Origin: Octopus sinensis
Lineage: Eukaryota
Assembly (NCBI RefSeq): GCF_006345805.1
Contig: NC_043003.1
Location: 56,606,001-56,670,000, forward strand
Length of the DNA: 64,000 nucleotides
Direction: 5' to 3'
Shown: positions 14,001 to 27,879 of the stretch, piece by piece
Numbering within the stretch: position 1 is the stretch's first letter
Layout of the letters: each line of letters begins with the position of its first letter
Position numbers and translations under genes: made by a program
The notes under the pieces: generated by a model
Seen by the model: only the letters and a program-made list of their open reading frames with translations
Databases searched by the model: none
Told to the model about the DNA's origin: nothing

Positions 14001-14268
14001 TTAATAATTAGGGTTCAGCAAATATTTGCTTTACCACATACCGAAGTTTAGAAATAGCAGCCAAAAACATTGGATATTTCTTCTACTTTACAAAGGGACT
14101 CCCAGAAAAACCAAAGATACTTGAAAACAATCCACACAGGCACAGAGGAAAAGTAACAAAAATCAATCAATATCTGGTCACCTATGGACGCGCGTTTCGG
14201 AATTAGATTGGAATAAAGAATATAGAATTATACTTTACCAACCGTTTTCCCCATCACCATAGGACCCC
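13998..14268 (-). mobile_element. Single-arm copy of the 57.2 kb hammerhead element with a mutated core
   Basis: Reverse complement of about 57321-57592. Core reads GTGATGG instead of CTGANGA, while stems I-III and GAAAC...GTC are retained (14181-14263). Confidence 0.8.
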
Positions 14269-16157
14269 ATCAATAATTAAATATTGAAATATTAAATTCG
14301 AAAGTACTGGAATAATTGAACATATCTCTCCACCTAGCGGTATCAGACAGATAGTATTCAGTGTTAGTACCGCCGAATTCAAAACATGAATGAGGGTCAA
14401 TTACCTTCCCCTGCCCATCCTCGTGTGTCTTCATGTAAACTACTACAGAAAAAAATCTCCCTGATATATATATATATATATATATAATATATATATATAT
14501 ATCACACAAAGAAACTAAATTTTGAATTCGAGATAGTTGAAAGAACAGCTTTAAAAATTGAGTAAATACTTGTGAGAAGCGAGAAAAGTGGCCATAAGTG
14601 GCAACTGAGAGTCGGAGCTTGTACCTCTCAAATATCGCCTCACCCTATTTCTAGGCTGCTATTCCACATTGCCGTTAATTTTTTTTTCAAATACCAATAT
14701 ACTCAACGCTTTTCTTTTATGAGACAGATAGGCAGACAGAAAAAAAAAACACACAGATGGCTAGATATATAATTACATAATAAGACAGCTAGATATGTGT
14801 GTATATATACATAGATATGTATGCATATAAATATATATATATACATGAAAAGTATGTACATGTGTATGTATGACTATATTTAAATACAATATATGTAATA
14901 TACACATATACATATTTATAATGCGTTTTTATGCGTGTGTCATGTGTACACACATACGTGCACATATGTCATGCATTTTCCATTTAGCAAAATGCCTTTA
15001 TCAGCTTTCGACCAGAGATCACAATGACTTCAACACCATCCGGGAGTAACCAAGAAGCAACAAAAAAAAATACCCCAGGGGTCCGTATTTTATATTATTT
15101 TGCTCTTTCTATACAACAGTTGGTCCTTCATAGTTTATATACCCACCGCGCCAATTACTCTGCGGCTATATTCCTCTCAAACATTCCTTTAATTTTTTAG
15201 TCTACTTCATGATGAAGATAGGCTGTTTCTTGACAGATCTTTAACTCTTCAAGATTTTAATTGATTTCCACTCGTGTGTTATTAGCAATTATATTTATCT
15301 TATTTAAATTTTTTTTTTTTCTATATTTACGATGAAGAATTTTCAGTCGCTATCTTTAGTTCCTGAATCGAATGTCAGCTGTTATTCTTCAGTGCATTAG
15401 TAACGAAGAAGAATACTGTAGATTCAGTTACACAGTCACGATATCCCACTTTGAATTCATTGTCTTTAATACTTGGTCCCTCTTATATTCCTCGTGTTGA
15501 TGCATATGTGTGCCTTAACTTAACTAGCAAAAGAATTTGCAGTGTATATTGTTTTAGCGACCACGTTGTATCATACAAAGAGAGGGTATGTATGAATGTA
15601 AGAATGAATATATATATACAATAATTATAAAGGTAATGCTTATGGAGACTAGTATAACATCAGCATTTATTTCTTTTATTTCACTATGCCATACACCATA
15701 TTGTTATAGTTACGACGACCTACACGTGCTTCAACTGCAGATACTAAAAGCAGTTGCGTATCCAACAGGGCATAATTTTTTGTGCAGCTTCGTTCAGGGT
15801 CTTTCAACCAGCTAGGCTCGAAGCGAGCTGAATTTAATTGTATATTGATAAGTGTGCAGGGGAACGTATGGGGAGGTTGTTCTTAACCTGAAATACAATC
15901 TGGTTGTAAACTTCTATGGTTGATCTCGGCATCACACCAGTTGTTGGCCGTAGTCAGGGATTATCTACTTAGGTCAAAGTTTCCGTTATTGTTTTGCCAG
16001 GCTTCTTTGTATTGTATTCGATGGGTACTTAATGAACCTTCTTTCAAGAATAGTTCCTGTAGCGTATTATTTTTTAGGGTGGTTCAGTTCCATGTTAAGT
16101 TCTTAGTTATTCAGATATTTTTGTGGCGGGCTGTGATATTTATTATACTGGGTAAAG

Positions 16158-16200
<43 letters not shown>

Positions 16201-16205
<5 letters not shown>

Positions 16206-16488
16206 CAGAGAGTCTGTGTCGGATAAGTCGACAGGATATTCATAAATACATTGGGAAAGAGGAAAAAGATATAGGAAGATGCTTATGTAGTGTTGAGTCT
16301 ACCAGTGTAAAGACTATATCTGTTTAGGCCATAGGATGTTTTTAAAAACATCCGTTGGACAAAACAGTTATAGTTCCTACACAGATAGACTCAACACTGC
16401 ATAAGCATCTTCCTGTATCTCTTTTTCCCCTTTAACAACCTATTTATGAATATCCAGTCGACGTATCCGACACAGGCTCTGTGTAGTT
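16201..16488. repeat. Foldback element with ~100 bp inverted arms and a possibly decayed hammerhead in the loop
   Basis: Arms 16201-16301 and 16386-16488 are clearly similar but diverged; abuts (AT)n on the left. Confidence 0.75.
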
Positions 16489-16842
16489 TCCTAGTAATAT
16501 TCTTTTCGTAAAATATTTTCTTGATGTTTTCTTCATCTTTTCCACTGAAGCGAATGGTAACACATAATTGAATTAATGTCATTTAATTGTTATTATAATT
16601 ACATTTTTCCATGTTTTCTTACATGCTGGTAATATTGTTCGAAACGATCGTATGCTTGAATTAAAATTTTACATAAACTTTTAACATTTTCTCGTCTCCA
16701 TTTTGTAATTGTTAGTTGAAGTTATATAAGATTTTATCCTATAAATGTTCATAACATACTTTTTACACACACACATTTATATATATGTATCTTTATACAT
16801 ATATAAATATATATTTATATACATATATATATATATATATAT

Positions 16843-16886
<44 letters not shown>

Positions 16887-17247
16887 TTATATATATGTAA
16901 CTGTATATAAATATCTATGTACCAATGTATCTCTCCCTCTCTGTATATATGTGAGTGTGTGTGTGTGCGTGAGTGTGTGCGTGTATGTATGCATGTATGT
17001 ATATATACCTTCTTAAAAGCTCATGACTGAATCTAAATCCTTTCAAGCATGACAAATAACGAGGATATATGTTCGCGTATAAGTATACATACTCAATTTC
17101 ATTTCTCTGCCTCTATATCAGTATCATTAACTTTCTCTCTTTGTTCTTTACTTATTTACACACACACACACACACACAAATACACATAGACAGAAACACA
17201 CACAAACACACTACACAAAAACACATACACAGACACACACACATACA

Positions 17248-17306
<59 letters not shown>

Positions 17307-17484
17307 TGTGTGTGTGTGTGTGTGTGTCTGTGTGCGTGTGTGTGTGTGTGTATGTATCTATATGAATGTTTGCAAACATATAAAGATATACAAGTCTCTG
17401 TGTTTTGGGAGATACCTGTATACTTCCATATATATATATATAAATATACATACATACATTTATATATATATATATAATATATAT

Positions 17485-17523
<39 letters not shown>

Positions 17524-18270
17524 TTAACAAAGTAGATGTGGGGTAGAAATGTTGTTGAGTGGGAGGGATAGGTATATTCAGACACTAGTCGAACAGACAG
17601 ACAGGCAGAAATTTCATTTCGACATTTAATATGTTTTCTGAAGAACAAGCAGTACAATTTTATTCTGCTGAGAACTTTTCAGAACCATTTCTGTCAAATC
17701 TAATCCATAACTTATTTGCTAAGTGATTTTTTTTTATCTTTTATTCCAAATTAACCAAAATCTGATAAACGTTGTTCGGAAACCGTTACTTGTCTAAGTC
17801 AGAAAGAAGTTACACGGCCCGGTGACGGTGATACACACTCGGTGTTCTTAAAAATCAAACAGGTTCAAAAGCATCTGAGAAATGTTTTGACAGGAAGATT
17901 TAAAGACGGATTTAATTGCTCGATTTTTCTCTTAAAAACTTCAGTCAAATCTATTACTGTGAATGTAAGTATATGTATGAATGTATATATATCTATGTAT
18001 ACATGTATGTATGTACGTCTGTGTGTATGAGTTAGTGTACGTATGCCACGGCATAGTTATTACGTCTGAGAAATATTTCCTTCTTAAAGGAATTGTCATT
18101 GGTCTTCTCTTGTTTCGGGATTATATATATACACAATACATATAAAGAGAGAGAGAGCGAGAAAGAGATAGTCAGATAAATAGACAGACATATAGGTAGA
18201 TAAGTAGATAGATAGATAGACAGATACAGAGGGAGAGAGAGACAGAGAGAGAGAGACAGACAGACAGACA

Positions 18271-18306
<36 letters not shown>

Positions 18307-18465
18307 CGACAGACAGACAAACGGGCAGACAGAGGTAAATGGCTAGCGAGCTAGAAATATAGCTATAGACCGTTTTTTCTTAACCTCCTTTTCTGTCTTA
18401 GTTGATAACTTTATAGACAAGAAATATTTCTTCATTACGTAACTTCTTTTTTTCTTCTTATTCAA

Positions 18466-18510
<45 letters not shown>

Positions 18511-18979
18511 GACAGGTAGATACATTTATAGATAGCCAGAGGGCGAGTGAGAGAGAGGAGAAAATAGACAGGGATAGCTAGCGTATATGTATATATGAAC
18601 ATTAATTCTACTGTATGTCCAGTTACATATAAAACACAATTTAATATTAAAAAAGATAACCAGATTATATTGTATTTTTTGTGGGGTAGTTATTAACCTT
18701 TGCACACACACACACACCACTCACACACACACAGGTATATATATACATGGGTGTGTATGATTGTGTATGTAAGAATATATTACACAAAGAAGTTCCAACT
18801 TTGTCCGATTTTCACTTTTTACCCACAATCTTATAATAATATAATATAATGAATTGATAGAATATTAAATGTCCATTCTGATTAAACTTGAACTTTCATG
18901 CATTAAACTATGCCATATTCAGCCTCATATAGTGGTGATAGTAGTTTGACGATTACAACATATATATATATATAATATA

Positions 18980-19304
18980 TCTCTATATATAAACGGCATC
19001 TGTTGCCTGTGTGTCTCTCGTATATTCACCCTGAGCCTTCAAAAGTTCTGATGAAACTGACACACACATAGCCCAATGTCATAATCAAACTAACGCCCGA
19101 AAATTGAAAAAGTTCCCCCAGTTCTGAATCGATAAAATCGACATTTCGAGAATCAGCCAAACCGCAGACCGTCTAGGGGACGCAACTCACCTTTTTAAAT
19201 CTGAATTTAATCATTTTTTTTCCATTTTTTTGCTATGGCTATAGCTCTCTAAAAATGCATAGTTATTTTCCTTACAAAACTGAGCAACGCCGGCGATACT
19301 GCTA

Positions 19305-19305
<1 letters not shown>
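18980..19305 (+). mobile_element. Non-autonomous Helitron-like element
   Basis: 5' TCTCTATATATAAA; 3' GAGCAACGCCGGCGATACTGCTAG-T end; inserted in AT context. Confidence 0.65.
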
Positions 19306-19347
<42 letters not shown>

Positions 19348-19499
19348 CAGTTAACAGTTTGGAGCTGTATACTCAACAAGCAGGAATAAGAACACCTAAT
19401 TATATATTTTTAGCCAACTCTGATATGATTTGACTTTTAAATGGTTTCACTTATGGCAATGAATTTCTAAAGGCATGGAATCGAAACAGCTGTCAGAAA

Positions 19500-20272
19500 A
19501 ACTTACAGAGTACACTGGTCCACAGGGTTATTCAATATGGGTGATGATAAATCTTTCGAATTACACATTACCAGGATGGCGACAAAGTGCAGACGACTGG
19601 CTGGTGGATCATGAGAACTTTCAGAACCAGAGATAAAGAAATCATGATGAACCTTTGGATGACATTCGTCCTCAGTCACCTGGTTTACTGCACCCACCTA
19701 TGGTCACCCAACAGTCTAAAATTAACAGCGGACCTTGAAGCAATCCAGAGAATATTCACAAAGAAAATCGTCTCTTTACAACTTCTCAGCTACGGGGAAA
19801 GGCTGAAACAGCTAAGACTCTACTCCCTGGATAGAAGGTGGGAGTGATATTCAGTAATATACATCTGGAAGATCCTGGATGGAATTGTGCCAAATTTTGG
19901 CATTGAAAGCTACACTAATGCTGGAACAGAACTTCATAGTACCAAAGATCCCAGCAACGCCGTCACGCTTCAGGACCAGTTACTGCAACAGCCTGGGTTT
20001 CAGGGGCCCGCCGCTTTTTAATATTCTCCCAAAGAACCTGAGGAATCTGCACGAAGTAGACGTAGGCTATTTTAAATCAAAGCTGGAATTTTCCTGTCGA
20101 GATTCCAGATGTACCTACCTCACGCCAAGAGGTGCAAATGAGGGTAGCTACATCAAACTACATTCTTCACCATGTGCCACATATTGGAGGCTCTCAGTAA
20201 TAGCAGCTTAGCAAAAGGGTGGTGCATCAGCATGGCCGCAGCTCTGAGCTGAAACTGCAGAAAAAATAAAAA
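19500..20272 (+). mobile_element. CR1-type LINE 3' fragment (end of RT plus 3' UTR)
   Basis: GWWIMRTFRTRD...TFVLSHLVYCTHLWSP...LEAIQRIFTKKI...LSYGERLKQLRLYSLDRR and FRGPPLFNILPKNLRN...FKSKL; 3' stem-loop tail and A-rich end. Confidence 0.85.
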
Positions 20273-20436
20273 ACAATTATTAATCATCTCTCTATTTTCT
20301 TATCTCCTTAAAATAATATATATATATATATATATCATATGCATTTATGCATGCATGCATGTATGTATGTATGTATGTATGTATGTATGTATGTATGTAT
20401 GTATGTATGTATCTATGTATTTATGTATCTATGTAT

Positions 20437-20642
20437 TCGACAGGAGGACTTAAACGACATGCAAAGGTACATGAAGCCCAGTTACAACTACAGCCGGCTA
20501 TTACCGGTAAAGGTTTTAGTTGCCAATCCTGTACAAGACATTGTAGATCTTTAGCTGGGCTAAAAAGTTACATTCGATCACAGCACCAATAACAAATAAG
20601 CTTCGTGCAATGGCCATACTCGATAACGAGGGGGCAGCCATC
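20437..20642 (+). mobile_element. RTE-type LINE 3' end
   Basis: GGLKRHAKVH...FSCQSCTRHCRSLAGLKSYIRSQH* zinc-finger-like C-terminus followed by a short 3' UTR. Confidence 0.6.
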
Positions 20643-21019
20643 ATGTATGAAGGTATGCAAGTAAAGTCGCATTATTGTTTGCGAGATGTCAGCCTTAATC
20701 TTCTAACATTTCAATCCATGAACTTAGTCATTGGCTTCTTTAAACTCAAAGGTCTGAGTATTTCTTGATGATGTGACAGCGTAACGAAACTCCAGCGTCG
20801 CTAGAATCTATTCCTCCAATGAGCCGAGTGTGCTATGAACACATTGTAGTCTTAGCAAATGAATGAATACTATACATCAGTTCCCAATTCCAGGTACATA
20901 TTAAGAAGTTATATGGAAAATCTCACACATATGTGTGTATGTGTATATATATAAATATATATGTAACAACATGTGAATCGTTGGCGATTTGCTTCCTCTG
21001 CCATTCTCTGTATTGGACA

Positions 21020-21160
21020 TTCTACTGTTTCTGAAGTAGACCTTTGCTCGAAACGTTAAACCATCTTTCTTTCCCTGAGCATATGCTAATACGTTACATG
21101 TACCACGTCCTCGCGTTGTTGTGCCTTTTTGTGTTTGTTCTTCTTTTGGGGGATTTACTA
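21020..21160 (+). mobile_element. Diverged copy of the minimal-hammerhead short element
   Basis: GTTT-CTGAAGT...GCTC-GAAAC-GTT-AAAC, then TTCCCTGAGCATATGCTAATAC, matching the 13.8 kb copy. Confidence 0.55.
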
Positions 21161-21188
21161 CATATGTATATATATATATGTATATGTA

Positions 21189-21283
<95 letters not shown>

Positions 21284-21348
21284 TGGTGTTATTAAGTTAG
21301 ACATGGCCTGGGCCAATAATGGCCGAAACCTATCAAAGTAAGTATCAA

Positions 21349-21391
<43 letters not shown>

Positions 21392-21394
21392 GTG

Positions 21395-21427
<33 letters not shown>

Positions 21428-21746
21428 AATAAATATATATATTTATTACAAGAAAATGGAGAAAACATTTAATCAGTAAACAAAACAATTCACCAACATC
21501 GGTTGATTATATTTTAATACAAAATATAAATAACCAATGTTGGTGAATTTGTTTCTTTGTTGTTTAAAAGTATTCTCCATTATCTGATTACATAAATTTA
21601 ATACCTGATAAAGATTTGTTTATTCTGTTGTTACCTGTAAACTATGAGCATAGTATCCCTGCATACACATACCCAGGCATAGCAGAGGTAATTAATATCG
21701 ATTGTATACTGTTTCTTAGACGCTTATTACAACCGCTAAGTATGCC

Positions 21747-21811
<65 letters not shown>

Positions 21812-22053
21812 GTGTCTGTTTGTGTGTGTGAGCATGTATGTGTATATGTGTGTGTGTGTAAATTTTAATGAAATGTTCCGTAAGCCTACACCAAACATGC
21901 AAGTGACGTTTATACTGTTATTCCGTTATTCCATTATTCAGTCAATATTCGTGTTCTATGGTACATATCATGAACTATCTTTTAAGCTACAATGACGTCT
22001 ATACGCACATACACATAGATAAATCCGCCCATGAACATATACATATGTGTGTG

Positions 22054-22089
<36 letters not shown>

Positions 22090-25000
22090 CGTGTTTGTGT
22101 GTGTGTTTGACCTTGTGCGTATTTGTGTGTATGCATGTGTGCAGAAACCCCCCCCCCCCTCACTACACACAAAGCCAGCCGCGTATAAATCGGTGCATGA
22201 ATGCACGCGACAATATACGTATCAGATTGGTGAAGCGCTGCTGCGCTGCTATTTAGAGTTTCGTGCTCGATGCGATATTTCCGTCGGAAATGAGACTGTA
22301 GTCCATTATCATTGGAGTTAAGAAACAACTCCGTAGAAAATAACATCCTACATATAATGTGTGTGCGTGTTCGTGTAAGTTTTTGTCTGTGTGTGTATGT
22401 TTATGTATATGTGTGTATGTGAATATATGACTGAATGCGTAACTCTATGTATTGCTAGATATGTTTTTGCATGTGTTTACGTGAGATGTATACATACCTG
22501 TAAGTGTACGTTTAAGAATTACTGTATACATCATGGTATATGTATGTACATTTTACATGCAATGGCTCTGACATCATAATTTAAATTCTTCATATGGTAA
22601 CGGAAACGAAATCGCGGATATTCTTTTAACATTTATTGTTTCTAGCTGCGTTGAGTTTCAAAACGATGTGAAAATTAAATTAATTTACTATTTCACAAAG
22701 AAATAATTTCTCCGAAAGTTCACATGGAGAGAAGCTTTAGCGAAGTAAATTAATATTGTGTGATTTTTATCTCTGTACCCACTAGCATCCAGCTGATTTT
22801 TCGATTGATAATTAGGTTTGTTGCACCTTGTTTTAGCATTAACATTGCTATGATTATTTCATAAAATCACGAGGGATATCTTTGCCGGAAGTTATAGGAA
22901 ATTTTTTAAGAGAATTCATTAGAAATCTTACATTATTTGATTTTCATCTGAACTAGATTCCTGCTATTTAAACATTACAAGTTTTTATTCAAGGCTTATT
23001 GATAACCTCGAAATATTATTAAATTCACAGCGGTGATCGAAAATAACGACACACTTCGTATGTATTAGAGAGAGATCGTATCGAACCAAGGCAGGATCTT
23101 CAATATGATAGCTTGGTCTACTCGTTATAGCAAGTAAATCTACATCAAAACGCAGTTCACCATCGGAAAAGTAGAAGAACAAAGAAGAAAGTTTGGTTTT
23201 GAGATGGCAGTTCCTGATGAAAAGAAGAGTATGGTCACGGATGGAATATTTATTACAATAGATAACTGTTTGTTTACAGTTGCTTTACGGTTATGTATGA
23301 TGGCATGAACTGTAATAGAGAGAAGTTAATGACACCGACATTGATCCGTACTTCAGCTAATAGTTTTACGGAGACTTGGTTCTGGGTAGAATAACATCTC
23401 GTAGCAACTCCCGAAAGCACATTTTAGCATTATGTCTAATGGACCCACGCTTTACAAATGAAACTGTGTAAACGGGAATTGGGCAAATATGCCGCTTGGT
23501 ATGATATATATATATATATATACGTACGTGCATACCCACATGAATGTAGGTATGCACATATGTGCGTGCTCATTAAATGATAAACATATACAACCACACA
23601 CATGGATATATGACTAATATGATTACTTATTTAGTCCTCCATTGTCAATTAGTACCTCAATGCATTATTGAATAATAACTTTAACACATAGATTTTGCAA
23701 CTGTACTTATATGCTCTTCCTATGTTTCTATGTGCACCACACTTATCGAGGGTCAATGTATATTTTGAACACTTCATCGCATAGTAGAAATCATAATTTC
23801 TGCAGCATCGATACGAACCTGGGTTGTGTCCTCAAAGTCCTTCTATCGAACATCTTTTCTTCACATACGTCCAAGACTGTAATAGGAGCATCTTGTTGCA
23901 ATTCTGAAACGATAACAGGTTCTGCATGTTTTAGTATCTCCAAGCCAAGTATAGGACGTCGTGTAGGTTGTTGAAGATTGATACCTCATTGTCCACACAC
24001 TGGACATATAGTAAGTATGCAGGATCATTGGTGAGCATACATCAGCCGGCTGTATACAGAATGCTGAGTTACTCCATAAGGAACACTCTGCAACACTCTT
24101 TACCTATTCCGTAATCATCATCAACTACAAAAGGTTTGCAACTTTGATGTTCTATCTCGCAAAACACCGAGATCGATGACGAACTGACAGCAGGCGTAAT
24201 TAAGATATGCATGTCATCTGTGTAACTGTAACTTCGTTTGTAGTCAGAAAATTATATCAGGTTGAGTAATAAGATTTTAATCTTATTGCTCAACCTGATA
24301 ACTACTGAACTGTGGTTGCGCGTAGACCCACTTTACGTATGTGAAAAGTAGCTCCCGTACTTCTTCTAAAACACTTCTTTAAGATCTACAGCTTCGTCAG
24401 AAATAAGAACAGCAGCGATTAGATCATGTAATGGTGTAACACAACCTTCACAATGTTCATCAACGTACGTGCACAATGGTGTAGGGCTGGTCATGCATCA
24501 CATGTGGTCGACGAGCGTAACAGTAAGGCTTTCCTATTCATCTTTTGGGTAACGAGTGCCGATTCCTCCGTGGGTGTTAGAAGTATCACGTCAATCCAAT
24601 ATACAAAATAATGGTCAGTGATCGGGAAAGCTGACAGAGGTGCTGCCATAATACACTTTTCAATTTGCGAGGGATTTCACAGCCCAACTGATAGCTTGCT
24701 GCGAGGCACAACACGATGCCACACACAGGACATTTCCAAATTCATCAACATCACCCGCATAAGATCAATACCTCTTCTGAATGAAACAATTGCAGTGGAG
24801 TATGCATGGAAGTCATTAACGATCGTAAACATAGAAAGAGTTGGATAGAAAGTTTTATCTTTAAATAATTTGAGGGTCGAACAACCGTTTCGATACACAA
24901 ACATGTAGATGGAACTAAATGCACACATATGGAAGCAAACACGGACGTATATCTATAACCACACACATTGGTAAAGTATATACCATATTTGCAGGTACAT

Positions 25001-25636
25001 ATCTCATACTGACGCATAAACCTAGAAACACGCATACCAGAACACAGACGCGTTAACATGTACATATACATTCATATTTCCTGGTTTCTATAACTTGAGC
25101 AGTAGACCTTGATAATAATACAATGCAACAGGCCGTAGCGAAACATGCTGGTGTAATGAAAACCCTTTGGGAAGATGTCCAAAAAGACTTGTTATTCAAT
25201 GAATCCACAAATGATTAAACTCTTTCAAACATATATAAATTCTTACGGCATCATGGTTTGGGGTTTTATAGCAGACAGGGCATTGCTTAACTACAAGGAA
25301 TTTATAAAATGTTCTTTGATTATCAGAAATACCATACTACACTTCGTTTCATTATTTCAGAGGCGACACAGAAGAATTTTTACGGTAATATAAATTTCCT
25401 CTCCCATAGCCGTTCATGATTTGGCATGATAGCAGACAGACAGAAGCAGACGATCGAAATTGTATATATTGGCTTGGTTTTACTTTGGCTTCGTATGACT
25501 AGGTTTGGCTTGGCTTATGTAGAAGAATGAGATATTTCAATATTATGATATTCCAATACTTCTATATAGCAGTATGTCTCTCCAAATTAGACTTTGCATT
25601 GTGTGTATGTAAGTATGAATATATATATATATATAT

Positions 25637-25674
<38 letters not shown>

Positions 25675-25710
25675 TATATATATATAATATATATATATAT
25701 ACACACATAT

Positions 25711-25741
<31 letters not shown>

Positions 25742-25782
25742 CACACTATATACATATATATATACATATACATACATACATA

Positions 25783-25843
<61 letters not shown>

Positions 25844-26007
25844 ACGTATATATGTGTGTACGTGTGTTTGCATGTACGTACGCATGCATATGTGCGTGCA
25901 TGAATGTACGTATGTGTGTCATTATTCAGTTTTATTTCAAGAATTCTTGCCAATAGAGAAAGAGCTGCGTTCTAACCGGGATCCAAGACACTTTAATTTC
26001 AATATCC

Positions 26008-26315
26008 ATTTCTTTACTGCCCACAAGGTGCTATACAAAGAAGGGACAAACAAGGACAGACAAACGGATTAAGTCGATCATATCGACACCAGTGCGTAAG
26101 TGGTGCTTATTTAATCGACCTCGAAAGGATGAATGGCAAAGTCGACCTCGGTGGAATTTGAATTCAGAACGTAGTGGCAGACGAAATACCTATTTCTTTA
26201 CTACCCACAAGGGGCTAAACACAGAACGGGCAAACAAGGACAGACAAACGCGGCAGACGAAATACTGCTCAGCATTTCGCCCGGCGTGCTAACGAATCTA
26301 CCAGCTCGCCGCCTT
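26008..26315 (-). mobile_element. SINE family A with an extra tail copy inside the head
   Basis: Tail sequence repeated at 26191-26250, flanked by GTATTTCGTCTGCC direct repeats (minus sense). Confidence 0.8.
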
Positions 26316-26469
26316 CTTTCATTTCAATATCGACAACATCAACAGGGTAAGTTTGCCTTTATATATATGTTCAAATTTTAAGTTTTGGTTTTTGGATGAA
26401 TCGTCATTCATATATTTGGATGTCTAGACCTGCTCATATATCTCTATCTTTTATATTTTATATTTTACT

Positions 26470-27010
26470 GCTTTCAGCCTCGGGCAGTGGCGATGCTAAT
26501 GCACCACATGTAGTTAATCGGTGTTGTTTATGATATTGTTTTTGGTGAAATAGCGAGGTGGACGGAGCTTCTCTTCTTTGTCTCTCCTGTCATGATGTGG
26601 GTTCATCTGCTATCTTAGGTAGAAACATGTCTAGACGTTCCTTGAAAACCTCCACATCAACTCCATGTAGAATATTAAGGTTGCCTAGAAGGATGTTAAA
26701 CAATTGCGGGCCCTTGAAACTCAGACTATTGCAGTACTGTGTCCTTATTTTAGATGGGGAAAAGGGGGACTTTGGTATGATGCAGTGCCGTCCAGTTCGA
26801 GGGTTGGTATACATATCAATTCCAAATTTGGGAGCTAAACCTTCCTACATCATCCAAATATATATCACCACATATCTCTCTCTTCTCTCCTGCGAATAGA
26901 GACTCAGCTCTTTTAGCCTCTACCAGTACCCCATCTTTTGCATCGAGCCAATTTTATCTATGTATTGGCGCTGGATTGCTTCGATTTCCACAGTTTCTTT
27001 CACTTAAAGG
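26470..27010 (-). mobile_element. CR1-type LINE 3' fragment, related to 19.5-20.3 kb
   Basis: EIEAIQRQY...RLKELSLYS and YCNSLSFKGPQLFNILLGNLN...FKERLDMFL; same tail motif near 26470-26510. Confidence 0.8.
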
Positions 27011-27279
27011 ATAAACTGGAAGGTTTTAAACGTTTCCATAGTTCAAGTTATGGTTTGAATCTGTAGTCTTCAAATCAGCTTTCTCCTTCCTGGTTTTGGG
27101 AAGCCAAATTTCTCAAGATTGTTATTTAGTCAGTAACTCAATAATTCAGCGCATTTTCTTTTTCGTTCAACTTTAACTCTAAGTTAACATCAGGTGTGTA
27201 GTTCACTTTCACAACTGTACTCAGTTTCTCTTCTCAATGGCAAATAAATATGCCACATCTATTATGTTTAGATTTTATC

Positions 27280-27590
27280 TAGGTTTTCACTGGGACACTC
27301 CAATAGTACTCTTTTTTTATTATCAGTGGCTATGGTTTCTACCTTATTGCGGTTTCTGATTTCATTGGGCACGGGGTTATCCTTCCGACAGGTCACATTA
27401 TAAGATATCCTATCTACAACGCAATATCTCATCGGCAAATATAATTGTCGTAACATATTCAGACAACAGTTTATGATGTGTGTGATGTCTTCGCTGTTAA
27501 CTCCATCGGGTGTCACATTTTGCTGCTTTTCCTGTGTCTCTGACCCATTTGTGCATCGGTAATTTGATTGATATTTCCTGTTCCACATGT
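27280..27590 (-). mobile_element. R4/Dong-like RLE-type non-LTR fragment (CCHC region)
   Basis: EQEISIKLPMHKWVRDTGKAAKCD, then with a frameshift EDITHIINCCLNMLRQLYLPMRY, matching the C..C...E...HII..C....Y..RH pattern. Confidence 0.65.
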
Positions 27591-27606
27591 ATGTATGTGT
27601 GTATGA

Positions 27607-27639
<33 letters not shown>

Positions 27640-27769
27640 TGTATGTATATATGTATGTATGTATGTATGTGTGTGTGTATGTATGTATGCATGGATGGAT
27701 AGATGGATGGATGCATGCATGATTGCATGTAAGTATACATATATATACATAATATATATATATATTATA

Positions 27770-27800
<31 letters not shown>

Positions 27801-27879
27801 GCATATACATATATACACGTATGTATCCAGGTATAATATGCACCCATACATACATGCAGACACAAATATGCATATTTGG

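Noticed and set aside
15800-16140. Semi-open minus-strand frame
   Set aside because: Several stops and no recognisable motif.
22980-24900. Non-repetitive, higher-complexity stretch with protein-like reading frames on the minus strand
   Set aside because: Stop density is close to random and I recognised no domain. It may be an ancient TE relic; a translated HMM search would decide.
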